64,000 nucleotides of DNA, taken from assembly GCA_036006525.1 (NCBI GenBank), contig DASYPP010000009.1:37098-101097 (forward strand), in the 5' to 3' direction. This document shows, piece after piece, positions 9,309-20,407 of this stretch. Both the position numbers and the translations under genes were made by a program. How positions within the stretch are numbered: position 1 is the first letter of the stretch; each line of letters begins with the position of its first letter. The notes below the pieces were generated by a model, which ran no database searches, was not told the DNA's origin, and saw only the letters and a list, made by a program, of their open reading frames with translations. This stretch comes from Gemmatimonadales bacterium (GTDB lineage Bacteria; Gemmatimonadota; Gemmatimonadetes; Gemmatimonadales; GWC2-71-9).

Positions 9309-11165
9309 CTAAATCTCTGCCTTCCAACGAAGAACCTCCAGAACCAAGCCCTGCAGGTCACTGGGGGAGATCCCGGGAATCCGACTGGCGAGTCCCAGGG
9401 TCGGCGGCTTCAGCCTATCCAGCTTCTCTCGCCCTTCGTAGGAGATGGACTGGAAAGTTCGGTAGGGGAGTTCCTCCGGCAGTCGGAAGGTGTCCAGCTT
9501 CTCGAGCTTCCTGATGTTCGCACGCTCCCGCACGATGTAGCCCTCATACTTGAGTTCAGTTTCCGCCCAGGCGATCGCCGAAGGCGCTGCCTCAAAACCG
9601 CACGCCGACATCATGGGGGCGAGCTCAGTTCCGGGACGGCGAATGAGTTCCGCGATGCGTACCGTCTGCTGCACCAGATTCTCGCTCGGGTCCAGAAACT
9701 CGTTGGCCTGCTCGACCGAGAGCGAAGTGCGGAGGGCGAAGTCCCTGACCTGATCCTCTTCTTCCAATCTCCGGCTCGCGGTCGATTGCTCAGTCGGATT
9801 CAGGAGTCCCAGCCGCTCCGCCGTGGGGAGCAACCGGCGGAGGGCGTTGTCCTGCCGAAGCAGCAACCGATACTCGGCACGCGAGGTAAAGAGGCGATAG
9901 GGTTCGTCTACGCCCCGGGAAATCAGGTCGTCGATCAGCACTCCGATGAACGCGTCCCCCCTTCCCAGGACCAGCGGCTCCGCCTCGAGTGCGATAGCCG
10001 CAGCGTTGATCCCTGCGACGATGCCCTGGCCCGCAGCCTCCTCATAGCCCGTGGTCCCGTTCACCTGGCCGGCGAGAAAGAGCCCGTCGATCTGCCGGAC
10101 CTCCAACGTCGGGCGCAGCTGGGTGGGCGGGAAATAATCGTACTCGATTGCGTACCCGGCCCGAGTCATCTTCACCTGCTGCAACCCCGGTACGTGCCGC
10201 AGGAAATCGAGCTGAACCTCGGGTGGCAACGAAGTGGACAGGCCGTTCACATACATCTCAGCGGTATCGAGGCCTTCCGGTTCAAGAAAGACCTGGTGCC
10301 GAGCAGCGTCCGGGAATTTGACGATCTTGTCCTCGACGGACGGGCAGTACCTCGGACCGCGGCCACTGATGGCTCCGCCATAAAGCGCGGATTCTTTCAG
10401 GTGGCGCAGAATGATTTCCTTGACCTCTTCCCCGGCCCAGGTGAGGTAGCACGGCAACTGCCGGGGATGCGAATTCGCTTCAAAGAAGGAGAACCAGTAT
10501 GGCTCCGGGTCCCCATCCTGTCGCTGTAGCTGAGCTAGATCCACTGACCGACCATCGACCCTTGGCGGCGTTCCAGTCTTGAAGCGTTCTACTGTAAGTC
10601 CAGTCTCTGTTATAACTTGCGAGAGTTCAACAGATGGCGCCTCACCAGCTCTCCCGGCTGGGATCTGGGTGTCGAGGCCCATATGAATGCGGCCGCGAAG
10701 GAAGGTGCCAGCCGTGATCACTACGGCCGCGGCACTGAACGAAAGGCCCTCCCGGGTGCGCACTCCAAGCACGCGGGTGCCTGACATCAGCAGGCCCGCG
10801 ACCGTGCCCTGAGCAAAGCAGAGCCCCGGCTGGCGCTCGAGCAGCGACCGGACCGCCCGACGATACAGCCCTCGATCGCATTGGGCGCGTGGTGACCACA
10901 CGGCGGGACCCTTGGAGCGGTTGAGCATGCGAAACTGGATCCGGGCGAGGTCGGTTGCCTTACCCATGATCCCGCCCATCGCGTCCACTTCGCGCACGAC
11001 GGTGCCCTTGGCAATCCCGCCGATGGCGGGATTGCAGGACATCTGGCCGATGGTTTCGAGATTCTGGGTAAGCAGGAGGGTCCTGGCCCCGCGGCGGGCC
11101 GCCGCCGATGCGGCCTCCGCACCGGCGTGCCCACCCCCCACTACGATGACGTCATAACGATCCAT
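9309..11165 (-). CDS. mnmG: tRNA uridine 5-carboxymethylaminomethyl modification enzyme MnmG/GidA
   Basis: 618 aa with N-terminal FAD motif DVIVVGGGHAGAEA and full-length GidA similarity. Confidence 0.95.
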   Translation of the reverse strand: MDRYDVIVVGGGHAGAEAASAAARRGARTLLLTQNLETIGQMSCNPAIGGIAKGTVVREVDAMGGIMGKATDLARIQFRMLNRSKGPAVWSPRAQCDRGLYRRAVRSLLERQPGLCFAQGTVAGLLMSGTRVLGVRTREGLSFSAAAVVITAGTFLRGRIHMGLDTQIPAGRAGEAPSVELSQVITETGLTVERFKTGTPPRVDGRSVDLAQLQRQDGDPEPYWFSFFEANSHPRQLPCYLTWAGEEVKEIILRHLKESALYGGAISGRGPRYCPSVEDKIVKFPDAARHQVFLEPEGLDTAEMYVNGLSTSLPPEVQLDFLRHVPGLQQVKMTRAGYAIEYDYFPPTQLRPTLEVRQIDGLFLAGQVNGTTGYEEAAGQGIVAGINAAAIALEAEPLVLGRGDAFIGVLIDDLISRGVDEPYRLFTSRAEYRLLLRQDNALRRLLPTAERLGLLNPTEQSTASRRLEEEDQVRDFALRTSLSVEQANEFLDPSENLVQQTVRIAELIRRPGTELAPMMSACGFEAAPSAIAWAETELKYEGYIVRERANIRKLEKLDTFRLPEELPYRTFQSISYEGREKLDRLKPPTLGLASRIPGISPSDLQGLVLEVLRWKAEI

Positions 11166-11197
11166 CCGGGAAAACTACACCGCGGGAACCACTTTCG

Positions 11198-12511
11198 TCA
11201 TGAAGTGCGGACCCAGTGGAAGACTTCCTTGAGCGAGGGCTTCTTGCCGTACATGAGGATGCCCACCCGGTAGATTCGGCCGGCAATCCAGGCCACCCCG
11301 AGCAGACCGAGCACCGTGATGGCGAAGGAGAGCGCGACCTCATAGAGCGGGATAGAGGTCAACGAATACCGCACCGGCATCACAATCGGAGCGAAGAACG
11401 GGATCAGGCTGAACACTCTGGCCAGGGACCCGTTGGGATCGTTCAGCAATGAGAAAATACTGAAGAAGGAGACGGCCACCAGCAGAGTCACCGCCGTGCT
11501 GTACTGCTGGGCTTCCTGCATCGTGTTACACATGGCGCCGACCGCCGCATACGCGGCGGCGAACAGGAAGAACCCCACGGTGAAGAACGAAAGGAAGACG
11601 ATCAGCAGGTCGACGCTGATCGCCGGCAGCGGCATTTGAGCGGCTGACTCGGGTGGCATATGAAAGAACCCGGCGATGGCCACCGCATTGTGGGACAGGA
11701 ACATCGCGGTGCCCACCCAGATTCCCAGCTGCAGCAACCCAACCGCGCCCACCCCGACGACTTTCCCTGCCATCAGCTGAAATGGTGTAAGGCTCGAGGC
11801 CAGGACCTCCATGATCCGATTGCTCTTTTCCTCCAGCACCGAGGTCATCACCTGGATACCGTAGATCAGCAGGGCAAGATAGAGAATGAAGGCCATGGCA
11901 TAGGCGAGCGCAAATGACGCGGCTCCGCTTTCCCCGGTCAGCCGGCCTTCACTGATTTTAGAAGTCACGAGGTTGATCCGCCCGCTTGCCTCCCGCACGA
12001 CCACGGGATCTACCCCCCGGCGCTGCAGCCGCTCGGTGAGGATCACGTTCTGGGTAAAGTTCTCCAGCATGCCCATGTCGCTCGGGCTGCCGACATTGTC
12101 GCCCAGGTATTTCACGACGCCGGTTTCGACGGCGGAGTCGGTTGCAATCAGCAGCCCGTCAAGACGGTGGACGGTGTCCCGGGCTAGACCGGTCAGAGGA
12201 ACCAGGGAATCCTGCACCGCCTTCACCCGGCCCTGGGCAGGGATCCGGATGACTTCATAGCGAGGCTGGGCATCGGGACCGTTGCCCCGGCGGGCCTCCG
12301 AAAGCTCCCGCTCCAGGGACTGCCCGAAGTTGCCGCCAGCGCCGTCAATCACGACGACCCGCTTCGACCTGGTCTCTCTACTCGCCATGAGGATGGGCAT
12401 CACCATTAGAAAGCCCATGAGCAACGGGCCCAGAATAGTGCTGATGACGAAGGCCTTCGATTGCACCCGGGTCTGGAATTCCCGCCGGATAACCGCCCAG
12501 AGCTTATGCAT
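11198..12511 (-). CDS. ABC-2 type transporter permease (NatB-like)
   Basis: 437 aa: N-terminal TM helix, large extracytoplasmic loop and a C-terminal cluster of about 5 TM helices. 8-nt overlap with the upstream ATPase. Confidence 0.8.
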   Translation of the reverse strand: MHKLWAVIRREFQTRVQSKAFVISTILGPLLMGFLMVMPILMASRETRSKRVVVIDGAGGNFGQSLERELSEARRGNGPDAQPRYEVIRIPAQGRVKAVQDSLVPLTGLARDTVHRLDGLLIATDSAVETGVVKYLGDNVGSPSDMGMLENFTQNVILTERLQRRGVDPVVVREASGRINLVTSKISEGRLTGESGAASFALAYAMAFILYLALLIYGIQVMTSVLEEKSNRIMEVLASSLTPFQLMAGKVVGVGAVGLLQLGIWVGTAMFLSHNAVAIAGFFHMPPESAAQMPLPAISVDLLIVFLSFFTVGFFLFAAAYAAVGAMCNTMQEAQQYSTAVTLLVAVSFFSIFSLLNDPNGSLARVFSLIPFFAPIVMPVRYSLTSIPLYEVALSFAITVLGLLGVAWIAGRIYRVGILMYGKKPSLKEVFHWVRTS

Positions 12512-13463
12512 TGCGTGCCTCGCTCGCGACCGGAGTGGCTGCCTCGGCGCCGACCTTGGCGATGAAGATGGACCGAAGAGAAGGATTGACTACTTCAAAC
12601 CGAAGAAGCTCCACGCCGGCGTCCACCAGGGACCGCAGCAACTTTTGGCTGCTAGCCCCGGGGGCGAGCTCGAGCTCGGCTGAGGACCCGGAATCGTTGA
12701 GAGTGGATACCAGGGTCCGGTCCTGAAGTACGCGTGCAGCTTTTCCTCCGCCGCCACTCCCAAACGTCAGGGCAATATTGCGTTTGCCATAACCCTCCTT
12801 CACCTCGGACAGGGAGCCATCGAGCGCCTTGGTTCCGCGGGCGATGATGACGACCCGATCACACATCTTCTCGGCCTGCTCCATGTTATGGGTGGAGAAC
12901 ATCACGGTTCGGCCCGACCTGGCAATCTCGACGACGACGCCCTCCATGACCTCGCTATTCACGGGGTCAAGACCGCTGAACGGTTCGTCCAGGATCACCA
13001 GCTCGGGATCGTGGAGCAGGGTACCGATGAACTGCACCTTCTGCTGCATTCCCTTGGAGAGGTCTTCGACCTTCTTGGCGGTCCAGTCGTGAAGCCCGAG
13101 GCGCTCCAGCCATTCCTTGGCCTTGTGGACAGCCACCTTCCGTTTCATTCCCTTGGTCTCCCCCAGGAAGGCCAGGTGGTCGACCACCTTCATCTTCTTG
13201 TACAACCCCCGCTCCTCGGGAAGGAACCCGATCCGGTCCGAATACCCCCTGCCGGACTTTCGGCCCTCGAAGAGCACCACCTTCCCTTCGTCGGGGACGA
13301 TGATGTTCATGATCATGCGAAGGGTCGTGGTCTTGCCCGCACCGTTCGGCCCGAGCAGCCCGAAGATGCCACCCTTCGGTACCTCCAGAGAAAGCTCTCG
13401 AACGGCGACGTGACCGGAGAAACGCTTGGTCACCCGATCAAGCTTGAGGATGGGTTCGTTCAT
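12504..13463 (-). CDS. ABC transporter ATP-binding protein (NatA-like)
   Basis: GPNGAGKTT Walker A, LSKGMQQK signature, ILDEPFSGLD Walker B. Confidence 0.9.
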   Translation of the reverse strand: MNEPILKLDRVTKRFSGHVAVRELSLEVPKGGIFGLLGPNGAGKTTTLRMIMNIIVPDEGKVVLFEGRKSGRGYSDRIGFLPEERGLYKKMKVVDHLAFLGETKGMKRKVAVHKAKEWLERLGLHDWTAKKVEDLSKGMQQKVQFIGTLLHDPELVILDEPFSGLDPVNSEVMEGVVVEIARSGRTVMFSTHNMEQAEKMCDRVVIIARGTKALDGSLSEVKEGYGKRNIALTFGSGGGGKAARVLQDRTLVSTLNDSGSSAELELAPGASSQKLLRSLVDAGVELLRFEVVNPSLRSIFIAKVGAEAATPVASEARNA

Positions 13464-13481
13464 GTGGGGGTTGGGGCTCGA

Positions 13482-13769
13482 TTATTGGAGTCCAGATTCT
13501 TCGCTCAGAGGAGTAATCGAGGCTACTACGGCATTGTCTATGGTAGCATGCGGCCGATCGACCCGGATCCCGAATTTGTGAGTCCGGGCCAGGAACTCCG
13601 GAGGCGAGCCATCCCGCTCTGCGTTGAAAGAACTCACACCCAGCATTCGCACTCCCCCCGCGTCCACCGAATCGAATCGGCCGACCAGAATCTGGTGGTC
13701 GGTGGTGCGTAGTACAACCGTAATCCCGTGGAGCTGGTGGTGGCCCGGGTGAAATACGTGGCCACTCAC
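13482..13769 (-). CDS. small conserved-looking hypothetical protein with His-rich N-terminus
   Basis: 95 aa with an ATGA overlap to the bacilliredoxin stop (13766..13769). 5 His in the first 14 residues (MSGHVFHPGHHQLH) and no Cys. Function unknown. Confidence 0.55.
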   Translation of the reverse strand: MSGHVFHPGHHQLHGITVVLRTTDHQILVGRFDSVDAGGVRMLGVSSFNAERDGSPPEFLARTHKFGIRVDRPHATIDNAVVASITPLSEESGLQ

Positions 13770-14212
13770 GGTTTCGTTCCGGCCTGCACGGACTCCCCGC
13801 AGTAGCGATCGAACGCGGCTACCAGGTCGGCGGCCACGGCCTGGGGCGTGCGCCCTTCGATCATGTGGCGATGGACCATGTACACCGGCTCGCCGTCTCG
13901 AAGCAGAGCGAACGAAGGTGAACTCGGCTGGTATTCGGAGAAATACTGGCGGGCCCGGCTGGTGGCATCGGTGTCCTGGCCCGCGAATACTGTTACCGTG
14001 GCCTGGGGCAGGACCGGATGTTTAAGCGCGGCCCGGAGCGCCGGCCGGGCATTCCCCGCGGCGCAGCCACAGACCGAGTTCACGAACACCAGCGTCGTAC
14101 CCTTGGCGTCGCCCAACGCCCGATCGACCTCGGGTACGGTCTTGAGTTCCGTCACGCCCATGCTGCGGACTTCCTCGCGCATCGGCGCGACCAATCGTTC
14201 ATCATACGGCAT
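13766..14212 (-). CDS. bacilliredoxin BrxA/BrxB family protein (DUF1094)
   Basis: TTLVFVNSVCGCAAGNARPA with the CGC active site, TVTVFAGQD and SSPSFALL. Near colinear with B. subtilis YphP as I recall it. Start taken at MPYDERLV (14212); the track ORF extends to 14299. Confidence 0.85.
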   Translation of the reverse strand: MPYDERLVAPMREEVRSMGVTELKTVPEVDRALGDAKGTTLVFVNSVCGCAAGNARPALRAALKHPVLPQATVTVFAGQDTDATSRARQYFSEYQPSSPSFALLRDGEPVYMVHRHMIEGRTPQAVAADLVAAFDRYCGESVQAGTKP

Positions 14213-14681
14213 TTGAAGACTCTCCATCAGGGTTGAGGTCGGTTTCCTTGTTGCTGGCCTTGAGCGCGCTCTGCAGCGCATGCCAGGCCATGCTGGCACA
14301 CTTGACCCGACTGGGAAACTCCGCGACGCCGGAGAAGACCTTCAGTTTTCCGAGCTGCTCCCGAGGCACCTCGGCGCCAAGCTCTCCGGTGACTAGCTCG
14401 TGAAAGAGGCTATAGAGCTGCTCGATCTCCGAGCGGGTCTTGCCCTTGATCGCCGTCGTCATGAGCGAAGCCGAAGCCTTGGACAGCGCGCAGCCTTCTC
14501 CCTTGAAACACACGTCCGCGATCTGGTCACCATCCAGCTTTACCCAAACGGTGACTTTGTCGCCGCACAGGGGATTGTACCCGTCCGCCCGGCCATCGGC
14601 TTCTTCCAGCGAACGGAAGTTCCGCGGATTCCGGTTGTGGTCGAGGATGACGCTCTGATACAACTGTGAGAGGTCTGACAC
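14202..14681 (-). CDS. sufU: SUF Fe-S cluster scaffold/sulfur acceptor SufU (NifU/IscU-like)
   Basis: Conserved Cys motifs NPLCGD, GEGCALSKAS and CASMAWHAL. Located directly after sufS. Confidence 0.9.
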   Translation of the reverse strand: MSDLSQLYQSVILDHNRNPRNFRSLEEADGRADGYNPLCGDKVTVWVKLDGDQIADVCFKGEGCALSKASASLMTTAIKGKTRSEIEQLYSLFHELVTGELGAEVPREQLGKLKVFSGVAEFPSRVKCASMAWHALQSALKASNKETDLNPDGESSNAV

Positions 14682-15941
14682 TCAGCCGAGCACTTCCCGC
14701 ACCCGGGCAATCCCCCGCACCAGTGCGTGAATCTCTTCCGGGAGATTGTAAAACGAGAAGGAAGCCCGGACGGTTCCTGGAATTCCGAAGTGATCCATCA
14801 GCGGCTGGGTGCAATGATGGCCCGCCCGGACCGCAATGCCTTCCTGGTCCAGGATCGTGGCGACATCGTGCGGGTGGGCCCCGTCTATCGTGAAGGACAC
14901 GACGGCCAGCCGTTCCCGGGGCGTCCCGACCAGGCGGACGCCTGGAATGGCACCCAGCGCTTCAACGGCAAGCCCGACCAACTGGTGCTCATGGGCCGCC
15001 ACCGCCTCCTGCCCCAGGTCCTCAAGGTAGTCCGCTGCGGCAGCCAGCCCGATCGCCTGGGCAATCGGTGGGGTGCCGGCCTCGAACCGCCCCGGCGGCG
15101 GAGCGAAAGTAGTGCGCGCCGCGGTCACCCGCTCGATCATCCCGCCGCCGGCCTGGTAGGGCGGCATCGATTCCAGCAAATCCCGGCGACCATAGACCAC
15201 ACCGATACCGGTGGGCCCCAACATTTTGTGGCCCGAGCAGGCCAGGAAATCGCAGCCCAGCGCGCGAACGTCCACCCTGGTATGTGGCACCGACTGAGCG
15301 GCGTCCAGCACCACGACGGCCCCGGCCTGGTGCGCCAGGTCCGCGATCCGACGCACCGGGTTCACCGTGCCCAAAGCATTGGAGACGTGGGTCAAGGCGA
15401 CTACCCGGGTGCGAGATGTGACCATCCGGGAGAGGCGTTCGAGATCGAGATCGCCGGAGTTGTCTACCGGCGCCACCCGAAAACTGGCCCCCGTCTGCTC
15501 GGCCACCAGCTGCCAGGGGACAAAATTGGAATGATGCTCCATGACGGTGACCAGCACCTCGTCACCCGGGCTGAGCCGGGGGCGAGCAAAGGCCTGGGCG
15601 ACCAGGTTCACGCCATCGGTGGTCCCGCGAACGAAGACGATCTCTTCGGGGGACTCGGCGCCCAGAAAGCGTTGCAGCCGCCGGCGGGCAGCCTCGTAGG
15701 CCTCGGTCGCCCGCTCGCTCAGCTGGTGAACGCCGCGATGGATGTTGGCGTTGTCCCCGGTGTAGAACCGCGTCATGGCCTCGAGAACGGCGCGAGGTTT
15801 TTGCGAGGTAGCGGCGTTGTCGAGATAGACCAGCGGCCGGCCGTGTACCATCGACGCCAAGATGGGAAAGTCCCCCCGGACCCGCGCAACATCGAGCGCG
15901 GGAGCGAGGGGACCGGTGCGAACTGCCGTGGTAGTAGACAC
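14682..15941 (-). CDS. sufS: cysteine desulfurase SufS
   Basis: 419-aa class V aminotransferase with PLP-lysine motif SGHKMLGPTGIG and active-site region RAGHHCTQP. Confidence 0.95.
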   Translation of the reverse strand: MSTTTAVRTGPLAPALDVARVRGDFPILASMVHGRPLVYLDNAATSQKPRAVLEAMTRFYTGDNANIHRGVHQLSERATEAYEAARRRLQRFLGAESPEEIVFVRGTTDGVNLVAQAFARPRLSPGDEVLVTVMEHHSNFVPWQLVAEQTGASFRVAPVDNSGDLDLERLSRMVTSRTRVVALTHVSNALGTVNPVRRIADLAHQAGAVVVLDAAQSVPHTRVDVRALGCDFLACSGHKMLGPTGIGVVYGRRDLLESMPPYQAGGGMIERVTAARTTFAPPPGRFEAGTPPIAQAIGLAAAADYLEDLGQEAVAAHEHQLVGLAVEALGAIPGVRLVGTPRERLAVVSFTIDGAHPHDVATILDQEGIAVRAGHHCTQPLMDHFGIPGTVRASFSFYNLPEEIHALVRGIARVREVLG

Positions 15942-15942
15942 G

Positions 15943-17244
15943 TTACGCGACGGGGAAATCCAGCCGGCTGAAGACCAGCCGTTCCAGGCGTTGCCGTATT
16001 TCTTCGTGGGGAATGGTTCCCAGCACGTCGGCCGCGAAGCCGTAGGTCAAAAGCTTGCGCGCGAGACTCTTCCGGATGCCCCGGCTTTCGAGATAGAACA
16101 CCGCCAGATCATCGAGCCGGCCGACGGTAGCGCCATGGGTGCACTTTACGTCGTCGGCAAAGATCTCGAGTTGGGGCTTGGTATCTACTTTGGCCCCGTC
16201 GCTCAGCAGCAGGTTGTTGTTGGTCTGCTTGCCGTCGGTCTTCTGGGCCTCGGGACGCACGTACACCTTGCCATTGAATACTCCGTGCGAGGTGCCGTCC
16301 AGCACTCCTTTGTAGATCTCCCGGCTGGTGCAGTTGGGCTGGGCATGCTCGATCCGGGTCTGATGATCGATGTGCTGGGTTCCGTGCAGGAGATAGAGGC
16401 CGTTCATGCTGCAGTCGGATCCGGAGCCATCCATGATGGAATAGATGTTGGCCCGGGCCAGGGCGCCGCCCATGGCGAGCGAGAACGAGCGGAACCGGGA
16501 GTCGCGGCCCTGCCGGACCTCGACCGTCGCGATGTGAAAGGCCTTCTCGCTCTCCCGCTGAATCCGGATATGCTCCACCGCCGCGTTGTCCCCCACGGCA
16601 ATCTCGGTCACCGCGTTGGTGAAGTACTGCTCGCCGGGCGGCCCGGAATGGGTCTCAATGACCGTCGCCGTGGAGGAAGGCTCGGCGATGATCAGGACCC
16701 GGGGGTACGACACGCTGGGCTCTGCTCCCGGCAGGGAAAGGTAGACCAGGTGGAGCGGCTTCAGTGCCTGCTGCCCCGACCGGACCCGGATCAGGGTTCC
16801 GTCGGTGAACAGGGCGGTGTTGAGTGCCGTGAACCCGTTCTGGGTGAAGGCCGCAACCTGCCCCAGCGTCTTCGCCAGGTCCGGGTCATTGCGGCGGAGC
16901 GCCGGTGCCAGCGTCGTGACGCTGAGGCCGGAACTGCTCACCACCGACAACTCGGGCACCAGGAATCCATTCACAAACACCAGCTCGGTGGTGTTGGGGA
17001 GCCTGAGTCCCTCCAGCAGGTCGAGCGGGATCGTCCGGCTGCCATGGCTCGGCGCCCGACCGAAGGTAGCCTGGGTAATCGGCGCGACCGAGGTGAAGCG
17101 CCAGTCTTCGTTCCGAGTGGTGGGAAAGCCAATAGCGTTGAACCGCTCCCACGCCAGCCGCCGGAGCGCGACCAGCCACTCCGGTTCGTTGCCGGCGCGA
17201 ACCGGCTTGGTGGCTTCCAGTTCCTCGAGGAAAGTCGCGGTCAC
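15943..17244 (-). CDS. sufD: Fe-S cluster assembly protein SufD
   Basis: SufD/SufB-fold sequence (GKQTNNNLLLSDGAKVDTKPQLEIFADDVKCTHGATVG). The GTG at 17244 gives a GTGA overlap with the sufC stop; the alternative GTG is at 17265. Confidence 0.9.
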   Translation of the reverse strand: MTATFLEELEATKPVRAGNEPEWLVALRRLAWERFNAIGFPTTRNEDWRFTSVAPITQATFGRAPSHGSRTIPLDLLEGLRLPNTTELVFVNGFLVPELSVVSSSGLSVTTLAPALRRNDPDLAKTLGQVAAFTQNGFTALNTALFTDGTLIRVRSGQQALKPLHLVYLSLPGAEPSVSYPRVLIIAEPSSTATVIETHSGPPGEQYFTNAVTEIAVGDNAAVEHIRIQRESEKAFHIATVEVRQGRDSRFRSFSLAMGGALARANIYSIMDGSGSDCSMNGLYLLHGTQHIDHQTRIEHAQPNCTSREIYKGVLDGTSHGVFNGKVYVRPEAQKTDGKQTNNNLLLSDGAKVDTKPQLEIFADDVKCTHGATVGRLDDLAVFYLESRGIRKSLARKLLTYGFAADVLGTIPHEEIRQRLERLVFSRLDFPVA

Positions 17245-17990
17245 GCGGCGGTTTCCTCCAGCCACTCATAGCCTCGTGCTTCGAGCTCGAGCGCCAGTTC
17301 CTTCCCACCGGATTTCACGATGCGGCCCTGGGACAGGACGTGAACGAAGTCGGGGACGATGTAATTGAGCAGCCGCTGATAGTGGGTGACCACGATGGTG
17401 GCGTTTTCGGGGCGGCGCAGCCGGTTGACGCCCCCGGCAACGATGCGCAGGGCGTCGATATCGAGGCCGGAATCGGTCTCGTCGAGGATCGCCAGCCTGG
17501 GCTCGAGCACGGCGAGCTGGAGAATCTCGTTCCGCTTCTTCTCGCCGCCCGAGAACCCTTGATTCACCGGTCGGCGCAGGACGTCCTGGTCCCACTCGAC
17601 CAGCTTGAGCTTTTCGTCCATGAGGTCAGCGAAATCGAGCGGATCCAGTTCTTCCTCGCCTCGCGCCTTCCTGATCTCGTTATAGGCCGAGCGCAGGAAA
17701 TACCCGTTAGTGACCCCGGGGATCTCGACTGGATACTGGAAGGCGAGGAACACCCCGTTCTGGGCCCGCACCTCGGGTTCCATGTCCAGCAGATCCTTGC
17801 CGTCATAGACCACACTGCCACCGGTCACCTGGTAGCCGGGGTGGCCGGCCAGGACCTGGGCCAGGGTGCTCTTGCCGGAGCCGTTGGGACCCATGACCGC
17901 GTGAACTTCACCGGTCTTCACCGTGAGGTTGATCCCCCGAAGAATCTCTTTGTCGCCTGCATTCGCCCGCAAATCCTTGATTTCTAGCAC
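17241..17990 (-). CDS. sufC: Fe-S cluster assembly ATPase SufC
   Basis: GPNGSGKST Walker A, FSGGEKKRNEILQ signature, ILDETDSGLD. Confidence 0.95.
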   Translation of the reverse strand: MLEIKDLRANAGDKEILRGINLTVKTGEVHAVMGPNGSGKSTLAQVLAGHPGYQVTGGSVVYDGKDLLDMEPEVRAQNGVFLAFQYPVEIPGVTNGYFLRSAYNEIRKARGEEELDPLDFADLMDEKLKLVEWDQDVLRRPVNQGFSGGEKKRNEILQLAVLEPRLAILDETDSGLDIDALRIVAGGVNRLRRPENATIVVTHYQRLLNYIVPDFVHVLSQGRIVKSGGKELALELEARGYEWLEETAA

Positions 17991-18031
17991 ACAATCTCCG
18001 TGAGAAACGTATGGCGTATCGCGTATGGCAC

Positions 18032-19491
<1,460 letters not shown>

Positions 19492-19495
<4 letters not shown>

Positions 19496-20184
19496 GCTAC
19501 CTCCGATTTTCCGTCAGGCCCGGAACCGGGAAACTGCACCGTGTACTCGCAGGACCGGCAACCTGTCAGGATATGGCTTTGCCGTTCGACCGTCGCCGAC
19601 AGTACATCGCGAAGGAAGCGCGCCTCGGCATCGCAGATCTCTGGGAAGCGCTCGGCCAGCGCCTTGATGGCGCAATTGTGCTCGATGAGGCGCACGGTCC
19701 CGTCGGTATCGTCCCAAGCCGCCATGTAACCTTCTTCACCCAGGATCCGGGAGACGGTTTCCAGGCGCTGGTGAACCGGGGCATCCTGGAGCTCGGACTG
19801 CATCCGCTCCGAAAGCGCCCGATAGCGGTCTTCCATCGCCTCCACCACTGCCCCTCGGCCGTTACGTTCGGCGATCCGCCCCAGGAGCTGGGTCAGCACG
19901 ATGTCGTACCGGTGGGGAAACAGATTCTCGCCGGCGCTCGTCAACCCGTACACATGCACCGGTGCCCCCACCCCGCGCTGCTCCCGGATGGAAGCGATCA
20001 ACCCATCGGTCGACAGTTCCTTCAAGTGGTGCCGCACCGCGTTCAACGACAGGCCTCGCAACTGAGCGAGATCTCTGGCGGTCCGCCCGGGCGTCTGCTT
20101 CAGCTCGACCAAAATCTCCCCCTTAGTCCCTCTATAGCCGGGGGGGAGACCCGCCTGCTCGGTGAGATGGTTGGTCTCGGTCAT
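19492..20184 (-). CDS. sufR: SufR-like winged-helix transcriptional regulator
   Basis: N-terminal ArsR/DeoR-like wHTH ([34 protein letters not shown]). C-terminal Cys cluster (HNC, EIC, GCRSC) as in Fe-S-sensing SufR. First gene of the suf operon. ATG at 20184 is preferred over the TTG at 20205. Confidence 0.7.
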
Positions 20185-20190
20185 GGGTGA

Positions 20191-20219
20191 ATGGTAGAAT
20201 TCCAAGTCGGGATTGTCAA
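20191..20219 (-). promoter_or_regulatory. candidate sigma70-type promoter of the sufR-suf operon (leaderless transcript predicted)
   Basis: On the minus strand: TTGACA (20219..20214), 17-nt spacer, TACCAT (20196..20191), then 6 nt and the ATG at 20184. Confidence 0.5.
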
Positions 20220-20407
20220 CTTAAAAACTAAGAAATTGGTGCGAATTCCTAAGTTGCTGTATCACATAACTGAATTCGATAGAATTAGCCCTGGTTTCCA
20301 GCGTTGTTGATAAACAGTAGTATATACAACTACGTCAATGTGGCTGGTATGGGGTATTGTACGACCGGGGATCACCCGCAAGATTAGGTCGGAAGGAGGA
20401 CTTTGAC

